Part shown: in pieces, positions 1 to 11,752 of the stretch
How positions within the stretch are numbered: the first letter of the stretch is position 1
Layout of the letters: the number at the start of each line of letters is the position of its first letter
Program-made: the position numbers and the translations under genes
Notes under the pieces: generated by a model
The model's input: the letters and a program-made list of their open reading frames with translations, nothing else
The model's database searches: none
Told to the model about the DNA's origin: nothing
Assembly (NCBI GenBank): GCA_008632985.1
Contig: QPGO01000027.1
Location: forward strand, 372,001-436,000
DNA: 64,000 nt
DNA from: Psammoneis japonica
Lineage: Eukaryota
Direction: 5' to 3'

Positions 1-13
1 TTCTCTCTACTAG

Positions 14-2911
14 CTAGCGGGTGTTACAAGCCATGCTATAACTGCAAGTGGCCTCGCAGTCTGCAGAGCAGCAAAATGAAAAACCATCAGCTTCGCAATC
101 ATCGCCACATTTCACGTTGATGCAGTGTGGGCCTTCAATCGCAACCCTCTCGTAAACGCTGCACAGCACATGCTGGCGGCACCGGTCCCAGATCTCGTTC
201 TCGACGGACGTTTCGGCCTCAGCGTCATATCCAGTGCGACACAAATATGATTCACTGCATTGGGGGCACACATCCGTGTCTGGAACAGCTACCCAGCCTG
301 TCATTATTACTTCATGTCTCCAGTCACTACCACAATCACTTGTGGGACTTGGTGTGCTTATCTCACGGTCGCATAATTCACCTTCATAGCCATCAAAGCA
401 GTCGCAGTCGAAACTTCCCCCTTGGTTGACCCACCATCCCCAATAAGTGTCGCCGTGACGAGTGCAGTCTCCATTGATACAGGACTCGCAAGGATCAGAA
501 ACGCATTGGACATCGTCAACGTCGTCTTCCTCAGGAAGGCAAAGCTCACCAGACCCGCATGGATTGGGGCTGCACCGCTCGTATATGCTCCGACATTCAC
601 AATTCACGCAAGCATAACCTTCAGAGCAATCACTGTGGCCATCGGGACACTCACATTTCGGCACACACTGGTTGGTGTTGTAATTGCACTCTTCGTCATC
701 ACCTCCGCAAGGATGGCCATAACAGCATTCATATTTGCAGACACACTTATTTTCAATGCACTCTTCGCCTTCGTCGGTGTCGCAAGTCGAGTCACCGCAG
801 CAATTAGGATATTCGACTAGTTCCTCTCTGCAGACACAACGTCCTCCCTCGCACACCTCGTAATGTTCGCAAGAAACAGCACAACCAACACACTCATGAT
901 TCTGGCACTCCATCGCACCATCGCAGTCATCATTCCCGCAGCAATCATAACGACACACACACTGATGGCCGCTATCGCTACATCTCTCATCCGCGCCACA
1001 GTCACTGTTGCTGCAGCAATCATGACGACAAACACACAGATGGCGGCTGTTGCTGCATCTCTCGTCGTCATTGGGACAATCGCTTTCGCTACAGCATTCA
1101 TGACGGCAGACGCACGCGTTGCTACTGTCGCATCTATGGTCCTCATCACAGTCACCGTCACTGCAGCACTCGTGGCGACAGGAACAGGTGTTACTCAAGC
1201 ATGTCTCATCACTTCCGCAATCACTGTCGCTGCAACATTCGTGGCGACATTTACATTCATTGTCTTTGCACTCCTCGTCAACTGCGGGGCAGTCGCCATC
1301 GCTACAACATTCGTGGCGGCAGGCGCAAACGTTGTTTGAGCATGTCTCGTCGCTCTGGCAGTCGGCATTGCTGCAACACTCGTGGCGACAGGTGCAACTA
1401 TTGCTTGAGCACATTTCATCGCTTCTGCAGTCATCATTGCTGCAGCACTCAAAGCCACAAATACAGCCGCCCGGGTCTTGACATTCATAGTCTGGAGGGC
1501 AATCATTGTCAGTTACACAGACCGGTGTGCATTGACAATCGACGCAAATGTCACTTCCAGAGCAATCGCTACTGCCGTTGGGGCATTCGCATGCTTTCAA
1601 GCACTCATTGACGTCCGAGCAATACTCGTCACTACCACAATCGCCATCAGTACAGCATTCATGACGACAGACGCATTTGTTCGTGGAGCACATCTCGTTA
1701 CTTTCACAATCACCGTCGCTGCAACATTCATGGGGGCAAATATCGGTTTCCTTTACTATTTCATCACCGACGGCCTTGAAACTGTGCTGCGCCTCACTCC
1801 CAAAGTCACCAGATTCGTCAACAAGCAGTTTCCTATCATCCGAAATGTCGGGGCTATCGTAGATTTTATACCACCCGTCAACGATCCCATTTTGGCCCGT
1901 GTCGAATATTTTGAAAACACATTCAGTTCCTTTCACTGCTTTGACTTGCGTGGTGATCTGGCTGCGGGCTTGTCCAGCGTATGTGCCGGGAGGAAACTCA
2001 GCTACTTCCTTGTTGGTCTCCAACTCCCACCCCGTTTCTTCAGGGCTGTCATCCAGCTGGATGACTACTGACACGGTTGTAAATGATTCGGACTCGGTCA
2101 CCTTGCTGCTGTCCTTTGTCGTCAGTAGCACTGCTACAACAGCAGCAGCTGCTGCTAGAAGAAGGACCGACAAGGCCAGTACAATCTTTTTCCAGCGTCG
2201 TGACCGCGTCGCAGGGACGCTATTGCTTGCTGCGCCCTTCTCCATCGCCTGCTCTTGGCTTTCAGTCATGGTCACAACAGCGACCTGTTCTGCGGGGACA
2301 GCAGAATCAGCCAAAACACGACGAATACGCTCGTCCATGTCATCTTCTTCGCGTTCTTCAGCAACCTGTGCCGCGATAGGAGGAATAGGCATTACTGGTG
2401 AATCGGCGTTGGGCAGCACAGTGTCAGCTGTCGCACCCGTAGGAGTCTCCACATCCTCCTGACGATCCTCGAAGCCACGTTCTCGCACCGCAAAGGCACC
2501 AGGTTGTGGCTCTTGAGACGCGCCAGACTCTACATCTTCGATAATTTCGTTGGCCCCCCTGGCAAATCCTTGCGCAGTCTTGCTACCTTCAAACTCTTCG
2601 TTACAAATAGCCTCAACTGCTCTGTCTATGTCGCCTTGATAGTGATTCAGGACCGCCCTCAATTCCATTACCGTCTTGTCCTCAAAAAGTTCCAACAGCT
2701 GCAATAGTTCATAACTCATTTTTGTCGACCCGGCGGAGGAGTTTGCTACTTTCTGAGCGACTTTGTTATCCAGAGTTGCAGTTGCCTTTTCCATGGGAAA
2801 TTCTTCAGGGCCTTGATCTATTTTCTTCCTTTCAGACGAATGGCGAGGCACCGGCGGGGAGGACGAAGCCGACTCTTCTTCGCCGATTTGTCCAATGTGG
2901 CGGTGTGACAT
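14..2911 (-). CDS. Type II membrane protein: CUE-like ubiquitin-binding domain, TM helix, extracellular Cys-rich tandem repeats and an EGF-like domain
   Basis: 973-aa open frame (14..2935) with first ATG at 2911; a possible splice acceptor (TTGCACAG) near 2928 makes the true start uncertain. CUE-like segment LLELFEDKTVMELRAVLNHYQGDIDRAVEAI, hydrophobic IVLALSVLLLAAAAAVVAVLL, repeated CRHECCSDxDC units and EGF-like CINGDC...CDCFDGYEGELC. Confidence 0.85.
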   Translation of the reverse strand: MSHRHIGQIGEEESASSSPPVPRHSSERKKIDQGPEEFPMEKATATLDNKVAQKVANSSAGSTKMSYELLQLLELFEDKTVMELRAVLNHYQGDIDRAVEAICNEEFEGSKTAQGFARGANEIIEDVESGASQEPQPGAFAVRERGFEDRQEDVETPTGATADTVLPNADSPVMPIPPIAAQVAEEREEDDMDERIRRVLADSAVPAEQVAVVTMTESQEQAMEKGAASNSVPATRSRRWKKIVLALSVLLLAAAAAVVAVLLTTKDSSKVTESESFTTVSVVIQLDDSPEETGWELETNKEVAEFPPGTYAGQARSQITTQVKAVKGTECVFKIFDTGQNGIVDGWYKIYDSPDISDDRKLLVDESGDFGSEAQHSFKAVGDEIVKETDICPHECCSDGDCESNEMCSTNKCVCRHECCTDGDCGSDEYCSDVNECLKACECPNGSSDCSGSDICVDCQCTPVCVTDNDCPPDYECQDPGGCICGFECCSNDDCRSDEMCSSNSCTCRHECCSNADCQSDETCSNNVCACRHECCSDGDCPAVDEECKDNECKCRHECCSDSDCGSDETCLSNTCSCRHECCSDGDCDEDHRCDSSNACVCRHECCSESDCPNDDERCSNSRHLCVCRHDCCSNSDCGADERCSDSGHQCVCRYDCCGNDDCDGAMECQNHECVGCAVSCEHYEVCEGGRCVCREELVEYPNCCGDSTCDTDEGEECIENKCVCKYECCYGHPCGGDDEECNYNTNQCVPKCECPDGHSDCSEGYACVNCECRSIYERCSPNPCGSGELCLPEEDDVDDVQCVSDPCESCINGDCTRHGDTYWGWWVNQGGSFDCDCFDGYEGELCDREISTPSPTSDCGSDWRHEVIMTGWVAVPDTDVCPQCSESYLCRTGYDAEAETSVENEIWDRCRQHVLCSVYERVAIEGPHCINVKCGDDCEADGFSFCCSADCEATCSYSMACNTR
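700..1740 (-). repeat. Coding tandem repeat of ~21-23-aa Cys-rich units (C-x-H/Y-E/D-C-C-S-D/N-x-D-C)
   Basis: More than a dozen diverged units are visible in the translation, e.g. CRHECCSDGDC, CRHECCSNADC, CRYDCCGNDDC. Confidence 0.85.
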
Positions 2912-4348
2912 ACTCGTACTCTGACACCTGTGCAAAGAACAAAGAATGCAATGGGGAGGATTAGAAAATTAGCTGTAGGAAAAGGTCTGAATTATGTAAA
3001 AACATTACAACCCGATATCTGGCCGACAGAACTTACTCTCTCGTTTCTCGTTGCAGTCGATACATACTCGTACGGTGTGAAATAACTCTCTTGATATCAC
3101 TTGTGGCATTTGGCAACAACCAAAAGATCCGTTGAGTTTGCTTTGCATGTTATATATCCTTTGTTTTGTGTCAACAAAAAATGAGAACCCCATTCATGAC
3201 CACTCTTCGCGTTTTTGCTTACGTTGTCAACAACGAGAGCAACATACGGCGCGGCGGTTTCGCGGAATCCAATGCGGTTAAAAAGTTGAAGCCATCGCCT
3301 CAACACTACCTCTTGCCTTGAATGTATGAATGGAGAGGTCAACGATCTTTGACCTTTACCATCTGTCTTCCATCGTCGTTTCGCATTCACCTTCATTCAT
3401 CACGGCGCGTCTATTTACAAAGTGCTCAGCACAGCATTTGCACACGGCGCTGCATTTTTTGTTGTGGTGGTGAAACATCATGTGCTGCAGACGGACAAGA
3501 GGTGCATGCTGTAGCGTGAAATTTCGCGCGGCGGCGAAAACAGTGTTGTTTTTTCGTCACAGCCACACCCAGCACGTTTTGCGAGATCAATTGCTCCGTT
3601 GACCTCTCTTGCCATTGAGTGAGGTGTCGTTGAATCAGAAATCAATGTGAGAGTCCATTTTCACCCTTGTTTTTGAAAATCGGTTGTAAACTCGTTGAGC
3701 CAGTCATTGAGACTGCTGTTTTTGCCTGTTTCTGCTTCCATCGTTGGCCTCGTCGTTTGCTCTTTGCTGGTGCATCTTCATCCGATGGCTGTCATGGCTC
3801 GGATTGTTTGTTTGTTGTGTTGAGAAGAGTGTCTGAACCATGCACTGTTGTGGGGAATGTTGTCATTGCAACAAAAAAGTCGTTTGGTGAGCAGCACCGT
3901 GGCTTTTTGTCCCATCCCGTTGGCCACATCATTCGCGCTTTGCGGGTGGCGCGGCTTCATCCGTTGTCTTTCATGGCTCGGACCATTTGTTCATTGTGTT
4001 GAGAAGAGCACCTGATTGTTTCATTGTCATGGGGAGTGTTGTCATTGCAGCACAAAGTTGTTTTTGCCATCACTTTCTTTGTGGTCATGCAGCTGATGGT
4101 GCTTTTTGTTTTTGTTGTTGCTTTGAACAGCTTGGTCAGTGGACACACGTGCCATGAGGAGAGTGAGCAACCACATTGAAAGCAAACACAATCAGCTGCA
4201 ATGGCATTGTCAGAGAAAAATGACGCCAATCCACACAGAAAACAAGTGCAGAGTGCTCCAAGAAATGGGGCAACAGGGGGGCATTTTCAGCACACCGGGG
4301 CAAGGATCTGTCCAAGACGTGCCTCACCATTGCTTTGAAGATTCCAAG

Positions 4349-4624
4349 TGACAGAAAATGAAGGCAAATGGCAAGAATTCAAACAACAACTCCTTGCTGC
4401 TGTCTAAACAGCAGATGAGTCTCCGCTCAGAGACCGTTGCAGGAGCCGAAAGACGTGCAAGTCGGTGCAATCGGGCTGCTGTTGTTGTTCTTGTGAGCCT
4501 TGTGGCTCGAAAGCAAACTACATCGCGCGTGAACGCGCGGAACCAAAGCACACAAAACTGTGCACGGTGAACTAAACAGCGCGCGATGCTTCGCGCACAC
4601 CCAAATCCTGTTCAAATCCTGTCA
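4349..4624 (-). repeat. 3' LTR of Copia element
   Basis: Direct repeat of 11753-12028 with 12 mismatches and no indels. Confidence 0.97.
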
Positions 4625-7600
4625 CTCCCCAGTTTGCTTGAGGAGCCACAGAAACAGATTCGACTTCGGATGGAATGAAGTTCCAGAACATGAGGGGGCG
4701 GAGAAGGTCCCAGATTTGGGAGCAACCCCAATGCTTGCTGAGAATGTCAGCAGGGTTGCGGGAGCCTTCGATGAAGTGGAGCTCAAGGCAACCAGAGGCA
4801 ATTGCCTCACGCACACGGTGGAACGACAGTGCGGTGTGTCGCTTGTGTAACTTGGAGTGCGGGATGGTGGCACTGTCTACAACCGACTTGTTGTCACCGA
4901 ACATGTAACTGACGTTATGGATCGGGACGCCAAGGCAGCGCAGGGTGATGCGCAGGTCGACAATCTGCTCAACACAAGTCCTTGCGGCAACAAATTCAGA
5001 CCCGCAGGTCGCAGTCTCCACGGTGGCTTGTTTCTCAGAGAACCAATCAGCCGGGAATTTGTTGAGGAAGTGGAGCATTCCCATGACAGAGCGTCCGGTG
5101 AGCATGCAATGGCACAAGTTTGCATTGACGCAGTGGGTGGCAGTGACGAACTTGCCAAGGGGCGGTGGAGCGTCCTTCGGGATCATCTCTTCTGCTTCAC
5201 CACACACGGAATGCATCCACTCACAGGCCGGAGCAGGGAGATCCGAACAGTCGGGCTCTTCCGTGCGAACGTGGAGAGCACCGTGTCGCATCTTGGAGAG
5301 GCACCCACAGACGCGCTTGGCACGATCCAAGTGGCCTTGACGGGGCGCAGCTCGGAAGCTAGAGAGTGACATGACGGCCGTGGCAATGTCAATTCGACCA
5401 AGGGACACTGCCCATTGGAGTGAACCAACAAGAGACTGGAACTTGTGGATGCCATCGGGTCCCAGCAGTTCGGAAGTGTCCAGTTCGGGGTGGTCACCCT
5501 TCTCTAGAGGTGACAGGGCATTGGTGGCAGGTTTCTCCCCAAACAGTCGGGCACAGCTGTCGACCATGCGCTCGATGTACTTGCGCGGAGACAGGCACAA
5601 GGTTCCGTCGGGTTCCCGGGAAAAGTCGCAACCCAGATGGAACTCAATGGGTCCCGCACCCTTGAGCTTGAACTTGTGCTTTTCCGTGAGGGTGTCGACG
5701 AAAGATTGAGGGTCCTTCATGGCAATGGCGAGGTCATCCACATAAACGGCAATGTGTTCACAGTGGTCGCCGTTCCTGCGCATCCAAATGTCGGGTTCGG
5801 CGCGGCAGGGGAAGAAGCCTTCAGCTCGCAGGCAGTCGGCGAAGCGCTCGTGCCAGTGGAGACCGGAGCTGCGCAGTCCATGCAGTGCCTTGTGGATGAC
5901 AAGGATGTGTCCTTCGAGTTTGCCGAACTCGGGTCCAGCTGCAATGTAAAGCTTCTCCTTGGTGGTGGCTTCAAGGCAGGCATTGCCAATGTCGGTGGCC
6001 CATGTCTCCAACTCGTTGAGTTCGGCCAGGAAAATCATCAGCCGAAGGCCACGGAGGGAGACCACTCCGGAGCAGACACTGTCGATGGGTGCGTCCGTGA
6101 GGTGCCCGTCGGCTGCGAGTCATGCCTTGTGGCGACCGTCGTGTTTCACGTCGCACACCAGGTGCACTCGGATCTTCTTGTGTCCCGCAGGAGGAGTGGA
6201 AGACTTGAAGGGCCCACAGTCATGGAAGACTTCGTACTCGTCGAGTTGGTCCATCTCGAGATTAGTTGCGTCTCCCCACTTGCGGTTGCCGTTGCGTTCG
6301 TCTAGTGACATGGCGTGTTTGCAGTTCCGGGGAACTTCGCATCCACACTTGTAGCGAGGTGCAGTGCGGAAGGAGCGAAGCTTGGCTTGGTTGGCCATGC
6401 GAAATAGCTTCTTTTGGCGCCTCGCGATGGTGCGGAACCGCTTCCAGCCATCCGTGTCGAGGAGTCCGTTCTCTCGTGCATAGATGGCACAGGTGACGGG
6501 GTCGTCCTTGGCGATGATGGCAAGAGGCTCGGACGTGATCTCCCCACTTTCCCATTCAAGCATGATGTTGTAGCTGGAGCCTTTCCAGGTTGGGTCGTGA
6601 GGCTTCAGAGGTCCTTCGTGTGACACGATGCGTCGAAATTTCCAAACAGTGGTGTCTTCGTCTTCTTGCTCAATGTGATTCATGATGTCATTGCAGGCAA
6701 GGACTTCCTCGTATTCGTCATTGTTGACAGAGCAGACGAACTTAGTGAGCTCGGGATTGCCGTTCACTTTCCATTCGTGGTCTTCGACGGCCTTGACGAT
6801 GCGAGCTCTGTGGCGTTGTCCGTCCTCTTGTGGCTGCATGAGGAAGGCACGTCCAATGATGTCTTGCGGATCCAAAACTGGCATCTTGGGTGTCCTGATC
6901 TCCCCATCAGGAGAGTCGACGGGGTTGTCGTCATGGCGAGATTTGATGATGGGTTCAGGTGGCTCCCCATCAGGAGGATCAAGACGCAGGTTTCGGACAG
7001 CAGGATCGGGGGCAGCGGAGCGGACGTTGGACCGGCAGAGGATCTTCTGATTCTCGTCAGATAGAATCTTGAAGGTCATCTGGTGGCCGACGTGCTCAGC
7101 AATGCCAATGAAGCGTCCACGCAACTCACGGGATTCGGACGGCCAATCGGAGTCATCGAGGTGGAAGCACACGGGTTCCCACCAGTGAAAGCGAAGCAAT
7201 GGGCTGATGTCCGGGGTGGAGCCAGTGAGAGTCTCAAGGGGCATGCGCCAGTGGAGACGTGGGGACGCTGCATGGTTGAGTGTGAAGCACACGCACATGA
7301 GCGCCAGCAGCCATGCATGGGCGGGCGAACCAAAACGATCCATGACAGTGTTCGCCATGCGCTTCACGGTCTGGCATCGACGCTCGGCAAAGTTTTGGTG
7401 TTGCTGGTGAGGCTCACTTTGCCAGCTAGAGATGAAGAGGGCGCGTAGGATCCCGAGCACTTTGTTGCTGATCTCAACTTGAGCACGGTCGCCAATGAGT
7501 TTGGATGGGGCACCACGTTCACGGATCTGATCCTCGAGTGTGTTGACAAACTCTTTGTCCGTCTCAGTGCCATGGACGTCAGTGACGGTAGACTCGGTGC

Positions 7601-9205
7601 CAACAAACAGTTGGGCGCTGGTGCAACCAGAGTCGACGGCCGGGGTGTCGGCACAAATGGTGTCAGTGGCGACAGGCTCGTTGCGGCGGTGCACATTAAG
7701 GGCGGGGTTGGGTGATTTGCAGGCCTTGCGAAGGTGTGTACCGGCGGGCATGCGGGCGCACTGCGTGGTGCAGTCAAAAGTACGACGGACCGCATCGGCA
7801 GGCAGGAAGCCAAAGCAAGGCCGAAGAGACTCGAAGGGGGGGTCCTTGGGCTGTGCAGTGCGCTCCGGAGGTGGAACATCATCGCCCTGGGGGCCAATCG
7901 CATGCAGATGACACTCGTAGAACACGTCGTCGTTCGGAATGAGGTGATCATCGAGGACGGACGCGTGATCGGCAGACAAGGAAGCGGACATGATGGTCTC
8001 GTTGACAACGACACGATGACGGTAGTTGCCGCATTCGTCAAATGGGTTGGCAGTGGGATCGTCCTGTAGGTCAGAGATCGCGTCGTACCACTGGTCGTCG
8101 TCAGTGACAGAGTGATCGAGGACGGAAGGGTCCCATGTGTCATCACCGGTGAGGATGACATGGGGCAGGGTGTCCCATTCGGCGTCAGTGTAAGGTCGCA
8201 TGGCAACACAAGGCAGGCCAGCCTTGATGTCAATGGGGATGACATGGCCATCAGGAGTGGCAGTACGTTGCAAGCCGTTGGGCACCTTGACAGAGCGATC
8301 GTTGACATCCTGTTTGTGCCATTCGAGCTGGCCGCAGGAATGGATGGTCTTGCCCTTGCCCGTGCATGCGTGCTGATGGAGCATGGTGATGACGGGACCA
8401 CGCTGGGTCTCAATGACGGCACCAGCGGTGACAATGGGGATGTCCACCAATTGATGATCGTCAATGCCCTGAACGTCGACTTGGCGAGAGGTGCGTGCAA
8501 TGACGCGAACGTCGTCGCCAGCAATGCCGCCGTTGGCCCCACGATCGACTAGAGCGCCAGTGCGTGTGGAGCGATGAGCAGAAGCAGAGCAAATGACATT
8601 GTGGTTGTTGATGCGGCGGCAAGTGCGACCGTCAAGTTCCATGTCATCTGCAGAAGCTGGCGGGGTAGAGGAAGCGGCGGATGGCCCCGGTCGACTGGCA
8701 TTGGGGGCTTGGTTAGGAGACAACAGACGTTGCAGATCACCGGGTGGCAGTGGCTTGCGCTTGGTGAGGTGCACCAGGATGGGATTGTCCGAAGTGGCGT
8801 CCACATGTGGAGCGGAGTCACCAGAGTCAGCAGGAGTCGTGTTGGACAAGTTGACATCACCGTCACTCCCAAGGCGTTGGTCGTGAAGGTTGGCCGTAAC
8901 AGACTCATGGCAGTTGCTGGCTCGCGGGTTGCGGGGAGGTGGATGAGAATGCTCAAGGATGATCGCCTTGGAGGAATCGGGCAACGAATCCCAGAGCCGT
9001 TGGTGGTCGGGAGGGAGACGTCTCCATTGGACACCGGTGAGGCTGGGACCGCGGGTGCAGGCAGCATTGGCTTGAAGGACGTCAACGTCGCTGTCAATGT
9101 CGTAGAACACATCGTCGGACGGTTCCTCGGAGCAGACGTCGTGTGCGCACATGGCGCGTCGGGGAGCTCGAGGTGTCGTCTTGGGTTGAAACGTGCTGTC
9201 GTGCT

Positions 9206-9573
9206 TGATCCCACCGCTTTCACGGCTCTCAAATCCGACAAGCAGTGGCACACTTGGCACACCTCACTTGTGGCACAAGCCCGTGCCCAAGACGTCGAGT
9301 GCATTCTAGACTCGTCGTACAAACCGACCAGCCCCGAAGACAAACTGCTCTTTGCTGAACAGCAAAAGCACATGTTCGCCGTCTTCGAACGCATCCTTCT
9401 CACCGACAAGGGCAAGGCTCTCATTTGCGAAAATGTGGGGTCTTCTGATGCACAGACCGTCTGCCGCTCCTTGTCTGAGCACGCGCTTGCCTCCACCCGT
9501 GCATCTGTCGAGTCCTCCACCCTGCTCACGCACCTCACCACCGCGCGTCTTGGTGATGGCACTTGGAAAGGTC
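9206..9573 (+). repeat. Inverted copy of gag segment 10009-10376, probably an assembly chimera from another copy or allele
   Basis: 368-bp reverse-complement match; the junction falls on a GATC present in both partners; abuts the N gap. Confidence 0.85.
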
Positions 9574-9916
9574 NNNNNNNNNNNNNNNNNNNNNNNNNNN
9601 NNNNNNNNNNNNNNNNNNNNNNNNNNNNNNNNNNNNNNNNNNNNNNNNNNNNNNNNNNNNNNNNNNNNNNNNNNNNNNNNNNNNNNNNNNNNNNNNNNNN
9701 NNNNNNNNNNNNNNNNNNNNNNNNNNNNNNNNNNNNNNNNNNNNNNNNNNNNNNNNNNNNNNNNNNNNNNNNNNNNNNNNNNNNNNNNNNNNNNNNNNNN
9801 NNNNNNNNNNNNNNNNNNNNNNNNNNNNNNNNNNNNNNNNNNNNNNNNNNNNNNNNNNNNNNNNNNNNNNNNNNNNNNNNNNNNNNNNNNNNNNNNNNNN
9901 NNNNNNNNNNNNNNNN
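9574..9916. other. Assembly gap (N run)
   Basis: 343 consecutive N. Confidence 1.
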
Positions 9917-11752
9917 CTTCTGTCCTTCAGAGAAGTGGTCACTGGCCGGGATGAGTGCCTCGCACTTGCGCAACTGATCTTGCCAATGAAGGATGAACCC
10001 GTGGGTCGGACCTTTCCAAGTGCCATCACCAAGACGCGCGGTGGTGAGGCACGTGAGCAGGGTGGAGGACTCGACAGATGCGCGGGTGGAGGCAAGCGCG
10101 TGCTCAGACAAGGAGCGGCAGACGGTCTGTGCGTCAGAAGACCCCACATTTTCGCGAATGAGAGCCTTGCCCTTGTCGGTGAGAAGGATGCATTCGAAGA
10201 CGGCGAACATGCACTTTTGCTGTTCAGCAAAGAGCAGTTTGTCTTCGGGGCTGGTCGGTTTGTACGACGAGTCTAGAATGCACTCGACGTCTTGGGCACG
10301 GGCTTGTGCCACAAGTGAGGTGTGCCAAGTGTGCCACTGCTTGTCGGATTTGAGAGCCGTGAAAGCGGTGGGATCACGCTTGATGCCTCGCTTGAAGTCC
10401 CGCACCGGGTCGCATGCCTTGGTCGGGTTGGTGACATGTGGAGGTGCAAGGGGTGAGCTGCCGATGGACACAGAAGACATGCAGTCGGGGCTGAGGCGGC
10501 AGGCAAGGAACTCGTCATGCGTGAACAAAGAGGAGTTGTTGGCAACGTCAAGACCTTTGTGTGCTTTGACAATGTACAGACTGACCAGTGCTGCTAACAT
10601 GTTCTTACAACCACGGGGCAAAGGGATTGCATCAGTGCCGTTGTCGCACTCAAGCGAGTCGATTTGGGACGGCATGAACGTGAACAGTTCCTGATGCGAG
10701 TCCGTGCCGTCTTGGGCCAAAGCCAAACGAAGAGGACTCCCAGCACCTTGGGCAAGCACGGTTCCAACCACGTGCTCGAAACCATCGGTTTGTTGCTGAC
10801 GAGTGAGAACCATGGCAGACAAAGGTGGTGTCAGGACAATCAATTCTGGTTGGGAAGCGAAGGTAGACTCGAAACTTGGGTGAGAACAGACTTGACTTGA
10901 AATGGACTTGACTTGAAATCTTGAACTGTCTTAAAATCAGAAGTCGCCGGGCTTTGTCATCCCGTTCGTTGTCAAGTGCTAAACTTCCTGTCCGGTCCGT
11001 AGAGTTGTGCCGGCACGTCCGAACCCGCAGCTGGCGGCGCTTTGGGTTGCTTGCGAGCGGAGCAGCGGGTTGCAAACCCCTGCAGGCAAGCTGACTGGAG
11101 GTGGACAAGACCCCCGAACCGTTCTTATTTTGTGTCGGTTGGATTTCCCGATCAGGCTGGCCAGTTGACGCAGGCGTCAGGCGCTGTGGACGAACGAACA
11201 AACGCGGGAAAGCACCCTCGCCCCAACGCAGGCTGCAATCACGGCTGCCTGCTCTCACAGTCGTCCTCGTGGACCCAGCAGAACTGCAGAGCACCAGTGG
11301 TCCGGGGCAGATCAGGTGCAATGGACTCGGTGTGCTTGTAGAGTGGCAGCAAAACCGTGGTCCAAAGAGTGGATAAAGGTTCTTGGCCGTGAAGACATGT
11401 GTGTATGTGCACATGTCTTCAGCGACGAAGATCCTTGAACATGTGGGGTTCTTGACCGTCAACCGAGGAACAGGCAAATCAAGGGATGTTGATCAAGGAT
11501 AGACTTGGATATGACCGTTGAATGTAAGTCTTCAGCGATCAAAGGCAGCACAATCAATCCAGACATCCAGCGGTGAGGAGACTTGACGGTGACGTTAACT
11601 TCCTGCCGATGCCCTGGTTTGAATGCGCGTAGACTTGCCGATGTATGTAGAAATATACGGAGGTCCACGTAGAATTGAAATAGCGTCGTTGGTAAATCAA
11701 CGACGACGATGGCGGTTGCTCAATGGGTTGACAATGAGCAAGACTGCCAATC

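Larger units (their letters stand above)
4572..10813 (-). pseudogene. Copia gag-pol, inactivated
   Basis: Gag from ATG 10813 (MVLTRQQQ...RDFKRGIKRD); protease-like LVDRGANGGIAG; integrase (ATDTI...SEPHQQHQNFAERR); RT (DIGNACL, KALHGL, AVYVDDL); RNase H (GDNKSVV, KRHTALSFHRVRE, NPADILSK). In-frame TGA at 6120-6122 in KA*LAA (expected KARLVA). Interrupted by the gap and inversion at 9206-9916. Confidence 0.93.

Noticed and set aside
3787..4062. ~180-bp-period diverged tandem duplication left of the Copia
   Set aside because: Real but short, with no assignable function; it only repeats the TG/CA pattern already reported.
4572..9260. Alternative genetic code (TGY/CAY read as Tyr)
   Set aside because: Host genes in the window use TAY for conserved Tyr normally, and related TE copies show Tyr, Cys or His at the same site.
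8574..9977. Long ORFs spanning the N gap (467 aa plus strand, 764 aa minus strand)
   Set aside because: Produced by the N run and the inverted gag duplicate; not real contiguous proteins.
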